64,000 nucleotides of DNA from a virus. Lineage: Duplodnaviria; Caudoviricetes. Positions 25,731 to 35,547 of this stretch are shown here, one piece after another. Each line of letters starts with the position of its first letter. Position 1 is the first letter of the stretch. The stretch covers positions 1,555 through 65,554 of the IMG/VR virus record IMGVR_UViG_3300032213_001264, one strand, 5' to 3'. Both the position numbers and the translations under genes were made by a program. A model generated the notes under the pieces. The model had not been told where the DNA came from. It searched no databases and saw nothing but the letters and a program-made list of their open reading frames with translations.

Positions 25731-26006
25731 ATGGAAACACTATCATTCGTTTTAGGGATGAGCTTAGTGGTGGTTATCGCTTTAGCGGTAGTTGCTGTTA
25801 CTGCCTTCGTTAAGACCATAAAGTTAGAAAAAAGAATCGAAGACCTTAATAGAGACGTTATTGAAATTGACGCTCAAACAAATAGAGTACTATCCTTAGA
25901 GATAGAACGAGTTGACAGAAATCGAGTAGAATCGGAACAAGCTATATACAGCATAATGGATTCTCGACTAGATAAATTAGAACAAAAATTAACTAACAAA
26001 AAATAA
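25731..26006 (+). CDS. Membrane-anchored coiled-coil protein
   Basis: N-terminal TM helix then coiled coil; SD AGGAG upstream. Confidence 0.75.
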   Translation: METLSFVLGMSLVVVIALAVVAVTAFVKTIKLEKRIEDLNRDVIEIDAQTNRVLSLEIERVDRNRVESEQAIYSIMDSRLDKLEQKLTNKK

Positions 26007-26013
26007 AAAATAA

Positions 26014-26029
26014 GTCAGAGAACAACAGC
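26014..26029 (+). repeat. Right arm of 16-bp inverted repeat enclosing the 25731 gene
   Basis: Complementary to 25697-25712. Confidence 0.85.
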
Positions 26030-26097
26030 TTTACTTTAAACTTTTATTTCTCCATATTCTCCATAATTGTTACATTTATATATAAATCTATAACATT

Positions 26098-26565
26098 ATG
26101 GAAACATCCTACACCTGCCAATTCTGTGGCAAAGACACTTCAGAAGTAGAATACGATTATCTTTCAGGTACAGACCATCTTTCTTGTGCATTAGAGAAAG
26201 AACAAAAACAACGCTATGTTAAAATGGAATATGGACCTGGCGATGCTGTTATAGATAGACCTCCGTATAAAAATCCCATTGAAAAATGCGTTATCTGTGG
26301 AGCTGAAACCGCTTACAGATTTAACGATCACATCGATTATCGTTTCAATTACGTAGAAGGCGCTGGACAATTATGCGAAAAATGCGGAGGAAATAAAGAA
26401 GTGTCTGAAACATTTACAGAAGTCGAACCTTTAGGTATTCCAGATCCCGGTCACATGTTGATATTAGTAGACGAAACTACTATCGTATACACACCAAACG
26501 ATGCTGAATTAGGAGCTAAAGTAAGAAAAATATATTGGGATTTAAAACAAGAAAAAAACAAATAA
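26098..26565 (+). CDS. Zinc-finger-containing hypothetical protein
   Basis: CQFC..HLSC, CVIC..CEKC. Confidence 0.7.
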   Translation: METSYTCQFCGKDTSEVEYDYLSGTDHLSCALEKEQKQRYVKMEYGPGDAVIDRPPYKNPIEKCVICGAETAYRFNDHIDYRFNYVEGAGQLCEKCGGNKEVSETFTEVEPLGIPDPGHMLILVDETTIVYTPNDAELGAKVRKIYWDLKQEKNK

Positions 26566-26810
26566 TGAATCAAAAACAACCACAGGTAGATTTAACCAAA
26601 ACCACACCATGGCTTTGCGACAGTTGCGGTCACAATGCTTTTACTATGGGATTGCTATTAAGAAAGGTTAGTAAATTTTTATCTGCAGACGGAAGAGAAG
26701 GCTTGGCACCAGTTCAAGTGTTTTGTTGCGTTAAATGCGGACATGTAAACAAAGATTTTTATCCACCAGAATTAGCAATAACAGAAAGCAATGAAAAAGA
26801 CGAAGAATAG
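26565..26810 (+). CDS. Zinc-ribbon hypothetical protein
   Basis: CDSCG..CVKCGH; ATG at 26565. Confidence 0.7.
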   Translation: MNQKQPQVDLTKTTPWLCDSCGHNAFTMGLLLRKVSKFLSADGREGLAPVQVFCCVKCGHVNKDFYPPELAITESNEKDEE

Positions 26811-27060
26811 AGAAGTATACGGAGACAACATCATATACACATCAGAAAACACAAGACAAGTTCTAAAGACTGATTCTATAGTCGATGGTATCGTAGATCA
26901 ATTTATCGACAGATCAAGAGTCGGTAAAGCAAAGTACAACACGGATTTAGACAGAACAGATCTATCTTTATCAGAATGGTTGCAACACGCAATCGAAGAA
27001 CACATGGATGCAATTCTGTATCTACAAAAAATAAAGTCTACAATAGACGGTAAAAAATAA
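26791..27060 (+). CDS. Small all-alpha NTP pyrophosphohydrolase-like phage protein
   Basis: RSRVGKAKY, WLQHAIEEHMDAILY (EExxD) pattern. Confidence 0.55.
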   Translation: MKKTKNREVYGDNIIYTSENTRQVLKTDSIVDGIVDQFIDRSRVGKAKYNTDLDRTDLSLSEWLQHAIEEHMDAILYLQKIKSTIDGKK

Positions 27061-27064
27061 GACA

Positions 27065-27985
27065 ATGCCAAAACATGTATGGGGAGTAAATTATGCTTAT
27101 CAGAAGTCTGTGTCTTATTCACAGTATTCTATATACAAGCAGTGTCAATATCAATGGTATCTTAACTACATTAAGAAACTAAAGATATTCAAACCCTCTG
27201 TGCATTTAACTTTCGGTACCTCTTTCCACGAAACCATGCAAGACTGGTTAAAAGTAATGTTCGAAGAGTCTGCTAAAAAAGCAGACGAAATGGACTTGGC
27301 TGGATTATTAAAAGAAAGAATGTACGAGAATTATAAAGAGGCTTTGGAAGAACAGAAAGGCGAGCACTTTATAAAGCCTAACGATTTCAAAGAGTTTATA
27401 GAAGACGGTATTACTATATTGGATTGGATCAAGAAGAGAAGAGGCGAATACTTTAATTTAAGAACTACTAAGCTAATAGGTATAGAGATTCCAATCGAGC
27501 AATACATAGTAGAAGAGATTCCAAATGTGATCATGACGGGTTCTATCGACTTGATCTTCTTTAATAAGAACACGGAGACTTACGAGATCTATGATATCAA
27601 GACTTCAACAAAAGGTTGGAACGATAACGACAAAAAAGATAAGAACAAAATAAGTCAGCTACTTTTGTACAAACACTTCTACTCAAGAGCTCTAAACGTT
27701 CCTATAGATAAAATAGAAGTTAGATTTTTTATAGTAAAAAGAAGACCTTATGTTAGTCCTGATTTTCCTACTAAGTACGTTCAAGAGTTCATTCCAGCAC
27801 AAGGCACTAAGAAAGTAAAAGATGCAGTGGCCGAATTTGAATCCTTTGTTAGAGAAACATTCACAGCAGACGCAAAGTACATAACAGAAAGAGAATACAC
27901 AAAGAACTTAGACGGTTGTAAGTGGTGCCCATTCAAAGACAAACCAGAGCACTGCGACCGAACAAATAAAAAAGTTTTGTTATAA
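27065..27985 (+). CDS. PD-(D/E)XK exonuclease (RecB/Cas4-like)
   Basis: SYSQ..C, FGTSFH, GSIDL, YDIKT, QLLLY, C-terminal CKWCPF..C. Confidence 0.88.
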   Translation: MPKHVWGVNYAYQKSVSYSQYSIYKQCQYQWYLNYIKKLKIFKPSVHLTFGTSFHETMQDWLKVMFEESAKKADEMDLAGLLKERMYENYKEALEEQKGEHFIKPNDFKEFIEDGITILDWIKKRRGEYFNLRTTKLIGIEIPIEQYIVEEIPNVIMTGSIDLIFFNKNTETYEIYDIKTSTKGWNDNDKKDKNKISQLLLYKHFYSRALNVPIDKIEVRFFIVKRRPYVSPDFPTKYVQEFIPAQGTKKVKDAVAEFESFVRETFTADAKYITEREYTKNLDGCKWCPFKDKPEHCDRTNKKVLL

Positions 27986-28033
27986 ATTTATATTTACTCT
28001 TTATCTACATATTTATAGTAAATAAATTACAAT

Positions 28034-28252
28034 ATGGTTAGCAAAACAAAAAGGGTAATTACGTCTGTAAAAATACCCGAGACTCTATACGAGGACTTCA
28101 AGATCACCTCAATAAGAACTAAGATGAACTTACAAGACATAGTGGAGAGAACGATGTATATGTATTTGACTGATTCTAGCTTTAGAGCTAAGTTACACGA
28201 GCAATACAATACTTACTACACTGGATCTGAAATAATTAACGCAATAAAATAA
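28034..28252 (+). CDS. Ribbon-helix-helix-like DNA-binding protein
   Basis: TSVKIPETLYEDFK..NLQDIVER beta-alpha-alpha pattern. Confidence 0.55.
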   Translation: MVSKTKRVITSVKIPETLYEDFKITSIRTKMNLQDIVERTMYMYLTDSSFRAKLHEQYNTYYTGSEIINAIK

Positions 28253-28261
28253 GTTACAAAA

Positions 28262-29704
28262 ATGATTAAAGGTTACACTCCAAAAGATCAAAGAAAAAAG
28301 ATCTTGTTTTTGTGCGATGACATTAGAATGACAAGCGGAATTTCTACAATAGCTAGAGAACTTGTTATTGGCACATCACACAGATTTAATTGGATCAACG
28401 TAGGCGGAGCTATCCAACATCCAGACAATGGAAAAAGATTGGACATAAGCGAAGATACAAATAAAATAATGGGAATTCCTGACGCGTCTGTGTTTATATA
28501 CCCAATAAACGGATACGGTTCTCCAGAATTGATTAGACAGTTGATGGACATTGAGAAGCCTGACGCTATCATGTTTTTCACAGATCCAAGATATTGGACA
28601 TGGTTATTTCAAATGGAAAACGAGATTAGGAAAAAAGTTCCTATGATCTACTTAAATATTTGGGACGATTTACCCGCTCCTCTTTATAATAAGTCTTACT
28701 ACGAATCTTGCGATACACTAATGGCGATTTCAAAACAAACTTTGAATATCAATAAACTTGTATTAGGCGATAAAGCTGCAGATAAGATTTTAAAGTATAT
28801 TCCTCACGGCATAAACGAGAAGATATTCTTTCCAATCAACGAATTTATGGTTCAAGACATACAAGCGCTTGAAGCAAAAAAGAAAGCGGTATTCGGAAAT
28901 AATATTCCAGAGTTCGTTGTTTTTTACAATGCTAGAAACATTAGAAGAAAGTCCACATCTGATTTGATAGCAGCTTATTCTGTATTCTGCGAGAAGATAG
29001 GAAAAGAAAAAGCTAAAAAATGTGCTTTACTTATGCACACTCAAGTGAGAGACGATAATGGTACAGACTTAGAGGCGGTTAAAGATTTATTATGCGATCC
29101 AGAATATGTAAGAGTTGTTTTCCACGATGCTAGAGTGGCTGCTAACGAAGTAAACTGGCTATATAATATGTCAGATGTTACAGCATTAATCTCCTCTAAC
29201 GAAGGTTGGGGATTGTCTTTAACAGAATCTTTAATGGCAGGTAGAATGATCATTGGTAATGTAACCGGTGGAATGCAAGATCAGATGAGATTTGAAGATG
29301 AGAATGGCAAATGGATCGACTTCGACGAAAACTTCTGTTCTAACCACTTTGGAACTTATAAAAAGCATGGAGATTGGGCTGTACCTGTATACCCTTCTAA
29401 CTTAAGCATTGTTGGATCTATTCCAACTCCGTATATCTTTGACGATCGTTGCGATATTAGAGATGTTGCAAAAGCTATAGAAGAAGTTTATAACTTAACG
29501 CCTGAAGAGAGACAACAAAGAGGATTGAATGGAAGAACTTGGGTACAATCAGAAGAATCTATGATGAGTGCAAGCAAAATGTCAGAGAATGTCATAGATT
29601 GTATAGAAGAAACTTTCAATAAATTCAAACCAAGAAAATCTTTCGAATTAATCAAAATAGATAAATTACCAAGAAAAAAAATAACACACAAATTAATATA
29701 TTAA
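28262..29704 (+). CDS. Glycosyltransferase (GT-B, GT4-like)
   Basis: TSGIS, PHGIN, NARNIRRK, SNEGWGLSLTESL. Confidence 0.88.
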   Translation: MIKGYTPKDQRKKILFLCDDIRMTSGISTIARELVIGTSHRFNWINVGGAIQHPDNGKRLDISEDTNKIMGIPDASVFIYPINGYGSPELIRQLMDIEKPDAIMFFTDPRYWTWLFQMENEIRKKVPMIYLNIWDDLPAPLYNKSYYESCDTLMAISKQTLNINKLVLGDKAADKILKYIPHGINEKIFFPINEFMVQDIQALEAKKKAVFGNNIPEFVVFYNARNIRRKSTSDLIAAYSVFCEKIGKEKAKKCALLMHTQVRDDNGTDLEAVKDLLCDPEYVRVVFHDARVAANEVNWLYNMSDVTALISSNEGWGLSLTESLMAGRMIIGNVTGGMQDQMRFEDENGKWIDFDENFCSNHFGTYKKHGDWAVPVYPSNLSIVGSIPTPYIFDDRCDIRDVAKAIEEVYNLTPEERQQRGLNGRTWVQSEESMMSASKMSENVIDCIEETFNKFKPRKSFELIKIDKLPRKKITHKLIY

Positions 29705-29705
29705 T

Positions 29706-30998
29706 ATGAAGCAATATTGTGTAGTAAGTTGTCCAATAGACACTTATTCAGGTTACGGAGCAAGAGCTAGAGATTTCGTTAAAGCATTGTATGAATCTAA
29801 AAAAGAAGAATACGATATTGAAATTATTTCTCAAAGATGGGGAGTTACTCCATGGGGATATATAAAAGATCATGAACAAGAATGGGGTTTTTTAGAGCCA
29901 ATGATCATGAAACAACAGATGACAAAACAGCCAGACGTTTGGATTCAAATTACAGTGCCAAATGAATTTCAAGCGGTAGGCAAATTCAACATCGGAGTTA
30001 CAGCAGGTATAGAAACCACATTATGCCATGCAACTTGGATAGATGGAGTTAACAGAATGAATCTGACATTAACTTCTTCAGAGCACGCTAAAAATGTTTT
30101 TAAGCAATCTACTTTTGAAGAAAAGAATGGTCAAGGTCAAGTAGTTAGACAAATCAAATTAGAAAGACCAGTTGAAGTACTATTCGAAGGTGTTGATCTG
30201 AACAAATATTTTTATGTAGCAGACGAAGATTTAGAAGGCACTGAATTAGTTCAAGCTTTGGATGAAATAAAAGAAGACTTCTGTTACTTGTTTGTCGGAC
30301 ATTGGTTACAAGGAGATTTAGGCGAGGATAGAAAAAATGTAGCCTTAACAATTAAGACATTCTTAGAAACATTTAAAGATAAGAAAAGCAAACCAGCTTT
30401 AATACTTAAAACATCAGGAGCAGGATCTTGTATTATGGATAGAGATGAGATGCTTAAAAAGATTGATGCAATAAGAAACACTGTAAGTGGAAGTTTACCT
30501 AACATCTACTTATTACATGGAGAGATGGACGACAAAGATATCAATAATTTGTACAATCACGGTAAAGTTAAAGCTATGATTAGCTTGACAAAAGGCGAAG
30601 GTTTTGGTAGACCACTATTAGAGTTTACTTTAGCCAAAAAACCATTGATAGTAACTGCTTGGTCAGGTCACATTGACTACTTATTTATGGAAAATACATG
30701 CATGGTAGGAGGAACACTAAAAGGCGTTCATCCATCAGCTCAAGTAAAAGATATGATATTAGCTGAATCTGCATGGTTTAGTCCTGATACAAAGCAAGCA
30801 GAGTTCTATTTAAAAGATATTTTTGAAAAGTACTCTAAGTATGAAGAGCGCGCAAAGAAACAAGCGCATCAATCTAAAACTAAATTTAGCTTTGATGAGA
30901 TGAAAAAAGCTTTAGAAGCAATATTGAATAAAATTCCTAAAAGTGTGGGATTAACATTACCTAAATTAAAGAAAATAGAAGTTAAAAATGACAAGTAA
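29706..30998 (+). CDS. Glycosyltransferase (GT-B, GT4-like)
   Basis: SGYG, DRKNV, KGEGFGRPLLEF. Confidence 0.85.
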   Translation: MKQYCVVSCPIDTYSGYGARARDFVKALYESKKEEYDIEIISQRWGVTPWGYIKDHEQEWGFLEPMIMKQQMTKQPDVWIQITVPNEFQAVGKFNIGVTAGIETTLCHATWIDGVNRMNLTLTSSEHAKNVFKQSTFEEKNGQGQVVRQIKLERPVEVLFEGVDLNKYFYVADEDLEGTELVQALDEIKEDFCYLFVGHWLQGDLGEDRKNVALTIKTFLETFKDKKSKPALILKTSGAGSCIMDRDEMLKKIDAIRNTVSGSLPNIYLLHGEMDDKDINNLYNHGKVKAMISLTKGEGFGRPLLEFTLAKKPLIVTAWSGHIDYLFMENTCMVGGTLKGVHPSAQVKDMILAESAWFSPDTKQAEFYLKDIFEKYSKYEERAKKQAHQSKTKFSFDEMKKALEAILNKIPKSVGLTLPKLKKIEVKNDK

Positions 30999-31203
30999 AG
31001 AATTTATTATTTGGATGCGAGGATTTACAGAAGGAGTTCACGATTTTAACATTACCCCTAAACAGTGGGATACATTAAAAGAGAAATTAGCTGAGGTAAA
31101 TGATGAACCTCGTAATACAATAGCGTACTATTCTAAAGATGGTAGACCCACTTGGTACACAACTACTAATTCAACTAACGAAAAAACATTATTAAATGAC
31201 TGA
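30988..31203 (+). CDS. Hypothetical protein
   Basis: 71 aa, overlaps both neighbours. Confidence 0.65.
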   Translation: MTSKEFIIWMRGFTEGVHDFNITPKQWDTLKEKLAEVNDEPRNTIAYYSKDGRPTWYTTTNSTNEKTLLND

Positions 31204-31642
31204 TCAATTAACATCATGTCCAAAGTGTAAGGCAGAAGATGCATGTTACATAACTCCAATTAATGAGTTTCATAGTGGATATGCATGCTTTAGTTGTGGT
31301 TTTACAACTAGCGATTTAATGAGAGAAGGCGAATTTGATTTCGAACAATACGAAGAAGAGATGCCTGAACTTTACAAAGATTTAAAATACACAGACGAAG
31401 AAGGGCGCGTATGGTATCCTCAAGTAATTAACATAGAAGATAAAGGCACCGTATTTGCGAATGGTGGTTCTAAAGAGGATTGGCAATGGGCTGGAATTAA
31501 AACTATAGAATTAACAGAAGAAGAGAAAGAGCTTCCTAAATTTAAAGGCAAGACCCATAAATCCGATTCAGCTAGCTTACAAGGATTTGAAACAGATTTC
31601 TTTGCGGCGTGCGATTATATAGGATTATTTGATATAAAATAA
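31196..31642 (+). CDS. Zinc-ribbon hypothetical protein
   Basis: CPKC..CFSCG. Confidence 0.72.
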   Translation: MTDQLTSCPKCKAEDACYITPINEFHSGYACFSCGFTTSDLMREGEFDFEQYEEEMPELYKDLKYTDEEGRVWYPQVINIEDKGTVFANGGSKEDWQWAGIKTIELTEEEKELPKFKGKTHKSDSASLQGFETDFFAACDYIGLFDIK

Positions 31643-31690
31643 AGACTATAATTTTTTATATTTTTTTATAAAATTAACATATTTATTAGT

Positions 31691-31846
31691 ATGGAACAAA
31701 CAAAATCGATTCACATTAATCTTAAATTACATACAGAAATTAAAAAGTATTGTAATGATAATGGTTTAAAATTGCAAAAATTTGTAGAAAAACTAATAAA
31801 AGATGGATTATTTAAAAATATACAATCGAATAATAGCTCGAGCTAA
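31691..31846 (+). CDS. Small RHH-like DNA-binding protein (not in ORF track)
   Basis: MEQTKSIHINLKLHTEIKKYCNDNGLKLQKFVEKLI; follows an ATATTTAT motif. Confidence 0.55.
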   Translation: MEQTKSIHINLKLHTEIKKYCNDNGLKLQKFVEKLIKDGLFKNIQSNNSSS

Positions 31847-32390
31847 ACTAGAAAATAGAAAAAAAACAATTGAGATATATTATGAAGCGCATCATATAAT
31901 ACCTGAATGTTTAGGAGGAAATAAAAATAAACAAAATATGGTTTTATTGAGTGCAAGAGAGCATTTTATATGTCATTGGTTATTACATAACGCATTTAAA
32001 ACAAATAAAAAATTATTTTATGCATTCTATATGATGTGTAAAGTTAAAAATAAAAATCAAAATAGATATACACCTAGTTCGAGAATAGTAGAGTACGCTA
32101 TATTACAAAAAAATAAAATGAGTATTATGCCCTCAGGAAGTAATCATTATATGTTTGGAAAAAAACATAGCGAAGATACAATACAAAAAATGAAAATTTC
32201 TAAAAAAGGTTGTGTATCATTTAGAAAAGGAAAACCAGCAATAAATAGAAAACAAGTACAAGATTTGGAGACAGGGAGAATATTTGAATCACTATTAGAT
32301 GCTTCTAAGTATTATAAACTTAGTCAATCTTATATTAGTAAATTACTAAAAGAAAAACGCAAATTAAAATATTACAATCAACATGATTAA
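31803..32390 (+). CDS. HNH homing endonuclease with NUMOD3/NUMOD1-like DNA-binding motifs
   Basis: EAHHIIPECLGG..NMVLLSAREHFICH; FGKKHSEDTIQKM; TGRIFESLLDASKY; visibly more AT-rich. Confidence 0.88.
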   Translation: MDYLKIYNRIIARAKLENRKKTIEIYYEAHHIIPECLGGNKNKQNMVLLSAREHFICHWLLHNAFKTNKKLFYAFYMMCKVKNKNQNRYTPSSRIVEYAILQKNKMSIMPSGSNHYMFGKKHSEDTIQKMKISKKGCVSFRKGKPAINRKQVQDLETGRIFESLLDASKYYKLSQSYISKLLKEKRKLKYYNQHD

Positions 32391-32997
32391 AATAAGTTAC
32401 GCGATTACTGCACACAACGAGGCAGAAGAATTAAATAGACTACTAAAGCAACTTACCGAAGGTAAGGATTCAGGAGATGAGATCATCATTCAGTTAGATG
32501 ATACTGCTACAGACAAAGTAAAGTTTGTTGTAGACTCTTATCCAGTAAAGTCAATTACATTTCCTCTTAATAAAGATTTTGCGTCTTTTAAAAACAACTT
32601 AAAAAATAACTGCACCGGCGACTACATCTTTTTTATAGATGCAGACGAATATCTATCTGAGCACTTATTAAAATTACTTAGAGAAGTCTTAGAAGCAAAC
32701 GACAGTGTAGAATGTTATGGAGTTCCTAGAGTAAATACAGTTAAAGGTCTTACAGAAGAACACATTAAAACATGGCATTGGAGAGTAGACGAAAAAGGTA
32801 GAGTCAACTGGCCTGATTACCAAACAAGAATATGTAAGAACGTTCCTTCAATACAATGGGTTGGAAAAGTTCACGAAAGATTAGAAGGTTGGAAAACCTC
32901 TTCTATATTTCCTGCAGAATTTGAAGACTGGGCTTTATATCATCCTAAAGATATTGACAGACAAGTAAAACAAAATTCTTTATACAACACGTTATGA
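32383..32997 (+). CDS. Glycosyltransferase family 2
   Basis: AHNE, FIDADE, PRVN, PDYQTR, KVHE. Confidence 0.88.
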   Translation: MIKISYAITAHNEAEELNRLLKQLTEGKDSGDEIIIQLDDTATDKVKFVVDSYPVKSITFPLNKDFASFKNNLKNNCTGDYIFFIDADEYLSEHLLKLLREVLEANDSVECYGVPRVNTVKGLTEEHIKTWHWRVDEKGRVNWPDYQTRICKNVPSIQWVGKVHERLEGWKTSSIFPAEFEDWALYHPKDIDRQVKQNSLYNTL

Positions 32998-33977
32998 GTA
33001 AAGTAGCACTAATCACTGGTATTAACGGCCAAGATGGAAGTTATTTAGCGGAGTTATTATTGGAAAAAGGATACGAAGTACATGGTATTTTAAAAAGAAA
33101 TTCTGTAGCTGAAAATCAAACGGCGAGAATTCAAGTCTACGATAAGATTAAAGATAATTTAACTTACGCAGATATGACTGATCTTGCCTCTTTAAATAGA
33201 GTCATAGGTAAAGTACAACCAGACGAGATATACAACTTAGCAGCTCAGTCTCACGTAAGAATCTCTTTCGATCAACCAGTTTACACAGCAAATACAGTGG
33301 GTATAGGAACTCTAAATCTATTAGAAGCTACTTTAGCTACGTGTAAGAATGCAAAGATATATCAAGCCTCTTCATCGGAAATGTTTGGTAACTCTATAGA
33401 CTCAGATAGATTTCAAAGAGAGACCACACCAATGAATCCAGTATCTCCTTACGGATGCGCTAAAGTATTTGGGTATAACATCACAAGGAATTATAGAAAT
33501 TCTTACGGTATGTTTGTATCTAACGGAATTCTATTTAATCACGAATCTCCAAGAAGAGGTACGAACTTCGTAACAAATAAAGTAGTTAAAGAAGCGGTTA
33601 AAATATTCTACGGCCAATCAACAGAATTAAGATTAGGAAACTTAGAAGCCACAAGAGATTGGGGTCATGCTAAAGATTATGTAGAAGCAATGTGGAGAAT
33701 ATTACAATTAGACGAGCCTAACGATTTTGTTTGTGCTACTGGAGTTTCACACTCAGTTAAAGAATTATGCGAGTATGTATTCACTAAGTTAGGTTTAAAC
33801 TACGAAGACTACGTAAAGTTAGATATGAAGTTCTTAAGACCTGAAGAATTAGCAGATTTAAAAGGTGATCCTACCAAATTAATGAAAGCTACAGGTTGGG
33901 TACCCACATATACATTCGAAACAATGCTTGATGAAATGATTGCATATTGGAAGTATGAACTAAATAAAGTATTCTAA
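32994..33977 (+). CDS. gmd: GDP-mannose 4,6-dehydratase
   Basis: ITGINGQDGSYLA, AAQSHV, QASSSE, SPYGCAK, FNHESPRRG, RDWGHA. Confidence 0.97.
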   Translation: MSKVALITGINGQDGSYLAELLLEKGYEVHGILKRNSVAENQTARIQVYDKIKDNLTYADMTDLASLNRVIGKVQPDEIYNLAAQSHVRISFDQPVYTANTVGIGTLNLLEATLATCKNAKIYQASSSEMFGNSIDSDRFQRETTPMNPVSPYGCAKVFGYNITRNYRNSYGMFVSNGILFNHESPRRGTNFVTNKVVKEAVKIFYGQSTELRLGNLEATRDWGHAKDYVEAMWRILQLDEPNDFVCATGVSHSVKELCEYVFTKLGLNYEDYVKLDMKFLRPEELADLKGDPTKLMKATGWVPTYTFETMLDEMIAYWKYELNKVF

Positions 33978-34876
33978 TGATAAAAGTAATTACAGGAGGA
34001 ACTGGATTAATAGGATCTGCTTTTAATGAAGGAGTTAAATTAACTTCTAAGAGAGATCTAAGAGATTACGATAAGGCAAAGTTTGCAATATCAATATACA
34101 AGCCAAACGTAGTAGTACATTGTGCTGCTAAAGTGGGTGGAGTTGGAGCAAACATGGAATTTCCCGCAGATTTTTTCATGGACAATATTAGAATGAATAC
34201 GAATGTGATTCAAGCTTGTCACGAATTAAAAGTATCTAAGCTAGTATCTTTTTTATCTACATGTGTATTTCCTGATAAAGTGGAATACCCATTAGATGAA
34301 ACTAAAATAGAATTAGGCGCACCACACCCATCAAACTTCGCCTATGCTTATGCTAAAAGAATGGCGGACATACAAATCAGAGCATTCAATAAACAATACG
34401 GCACACAATATTTTTCAGTAATTCCATGTAACGTATATGGTCCAAATGATAACTATAGTTTAGAAGTTGGTCACGTGATTCCAATGTTAATTCATAAGTG
34501 TTATCTTGCTAAGAAAAATAGAAAAACATTCGAAGTATGGGGTGATGGCACTCCACTTAGAGAATTCGTTTATTCTAAAGACGTAGCCAATATAGTAGAT
34601 CTGCTTATCCAGAAATACGAGGGGACTGATCCTGTGATCATATCTAATCCAACTGAGTATTCTATTAAGCAAGTAGTTGATCTGATTGTGGAGTACATGG
34701 GCTTTAAGGGGAAAGTAAAGTGGTTGACAGATAAACCAAATGGTCAACACAGAAAACCATCTTCTAATGCCAAACTTTTAAGTATTATAGGAGACTATGA
34801 ATTTACCACTTTGGAGAAAGGTTTAAAAGAGTCAATAGAATGGTTTATATTAAACTATCCAAACATTAGAAAGTAA
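33977..34876 (+). CDS. fcl: GDP-L-fucose synthase (GDP-4-keto-6-deoxymannose epimerase/reductase)
   Basis: AAKVGG, STCVFP, YAYAKR, NVYGPNDN, HVIP, WGDGTPLREF. Confidence 0.92.
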   Translation: MIKVITGGTGLIGSAFNEGVKLTSKRDLRDYDKAKFAISIYKPNVVVHCAAKVGGVGANMEFPADFFMDNIRMNTNVIQACHELKVSKLVSFLSTCVFPDKVEYPLDETKIELGAPHPSNFAYAYAKRMADIQIRAFNKQYGTQYFSVIPCNVYGPNDNYSLEVGHVIPMLIHKCYLAKKNRKTFEVWGDGTPLREFVYSKDVANIVDLLIQKYEGTDPVIISNPTEYSIKQVVDLIVEYMGFKGKVKWLTDKPNGQHRKPSSNAKLLSIIGDYEFTTLEKGLKESIEWFILNYPNIRK

Positions 34877-35547
34877 TGACAAGAGAATTAGTTATAGCAG
34901 CGTACGACAAATATCTAGATTGGTTAGACAGATTGAACTCAGATATTAAACAAACGGTATACAGAAAAGGAGATGAGCCCGCAGAAAGAGATAACGAAAT
35001 TAAGATAGAACCAAATAAAGGAAGATGTGTACACTCTTTCTTTAATCACATATACACAAACTACGATAACTTATCTGATATTACATTCTTTGTACAAGAT
35101 TGGCCATTCGATCATTGGGAAGACGTAGTAGAAGTTGTAAATAATGGCACAGAAGAATTAAGATGTCAATTAAAAATAGGAGGTTATTATGGATTTCATT
35201 TCAATACAATAACAGTTCCATCTCCATTAGGCGGTACAATGTGGGCATTAAGTCCATCTAAACAACACGGAGAAGGAAGAGTGTTAATATGTCAAAGTAA
35301 TGGTGCACCACAAGATAGCAATCCTAATATTGATGTAGATAGATATTGGAATAGATTTTTTAACCAAGCTCCTCCTTCAGAATATGAATTCATGCCAGGC
35401 GGACATTTCGGAATTACCAAAGAACACGCACAATTAAGATCTAAAGAGTTTTATAAACATGTAGCAGATTTCTTATTAGAAGAACCAGTTGCTCCATGGA
35501 TTATAGAAAGATTAGAATGTTATATATTCAACCCAAACATAAAATGA
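34876..35547 (+). CDS. DUF3431-like putative glycosyltransferase
   Basis: VIAAY, PNKGR, HIYTNYDNLSD, FVQDWPFDH, IERL. Confidence 0.6.
   Translation: MTRELVIAAYDKYLDWLDRLNSDIKQTVYRKGDEPAERDNEIKIEPNKGRCVHSFFNHIYTNYDNLSDITFFVQDWPFDHWEDVVEVVNNGTEELRCQLKIGGYYGFHFNTITVPSPLGGTMWALSPSKQHGEGRVLICQSNGAPQDSNPNIDVDRYWNRFFNQAPPSEYEFMPGGHFGITKEHAQLRSKEFYKHVADFLLEEPVAPWIIERLECYIFNPNIK

Noticed and set aside
27065-27985. Cas4 as evidence of a CRISPR-Cas system
   Set aside because: Stand-alone PD-(D/E)XK exonucleases are common in phages; no cas1/cas2 or array in the window
31643-32390. Group I intron carrying the HNH gene
   Set aside because: Flanking genes appear intact, and no GC-rich intron core could be found
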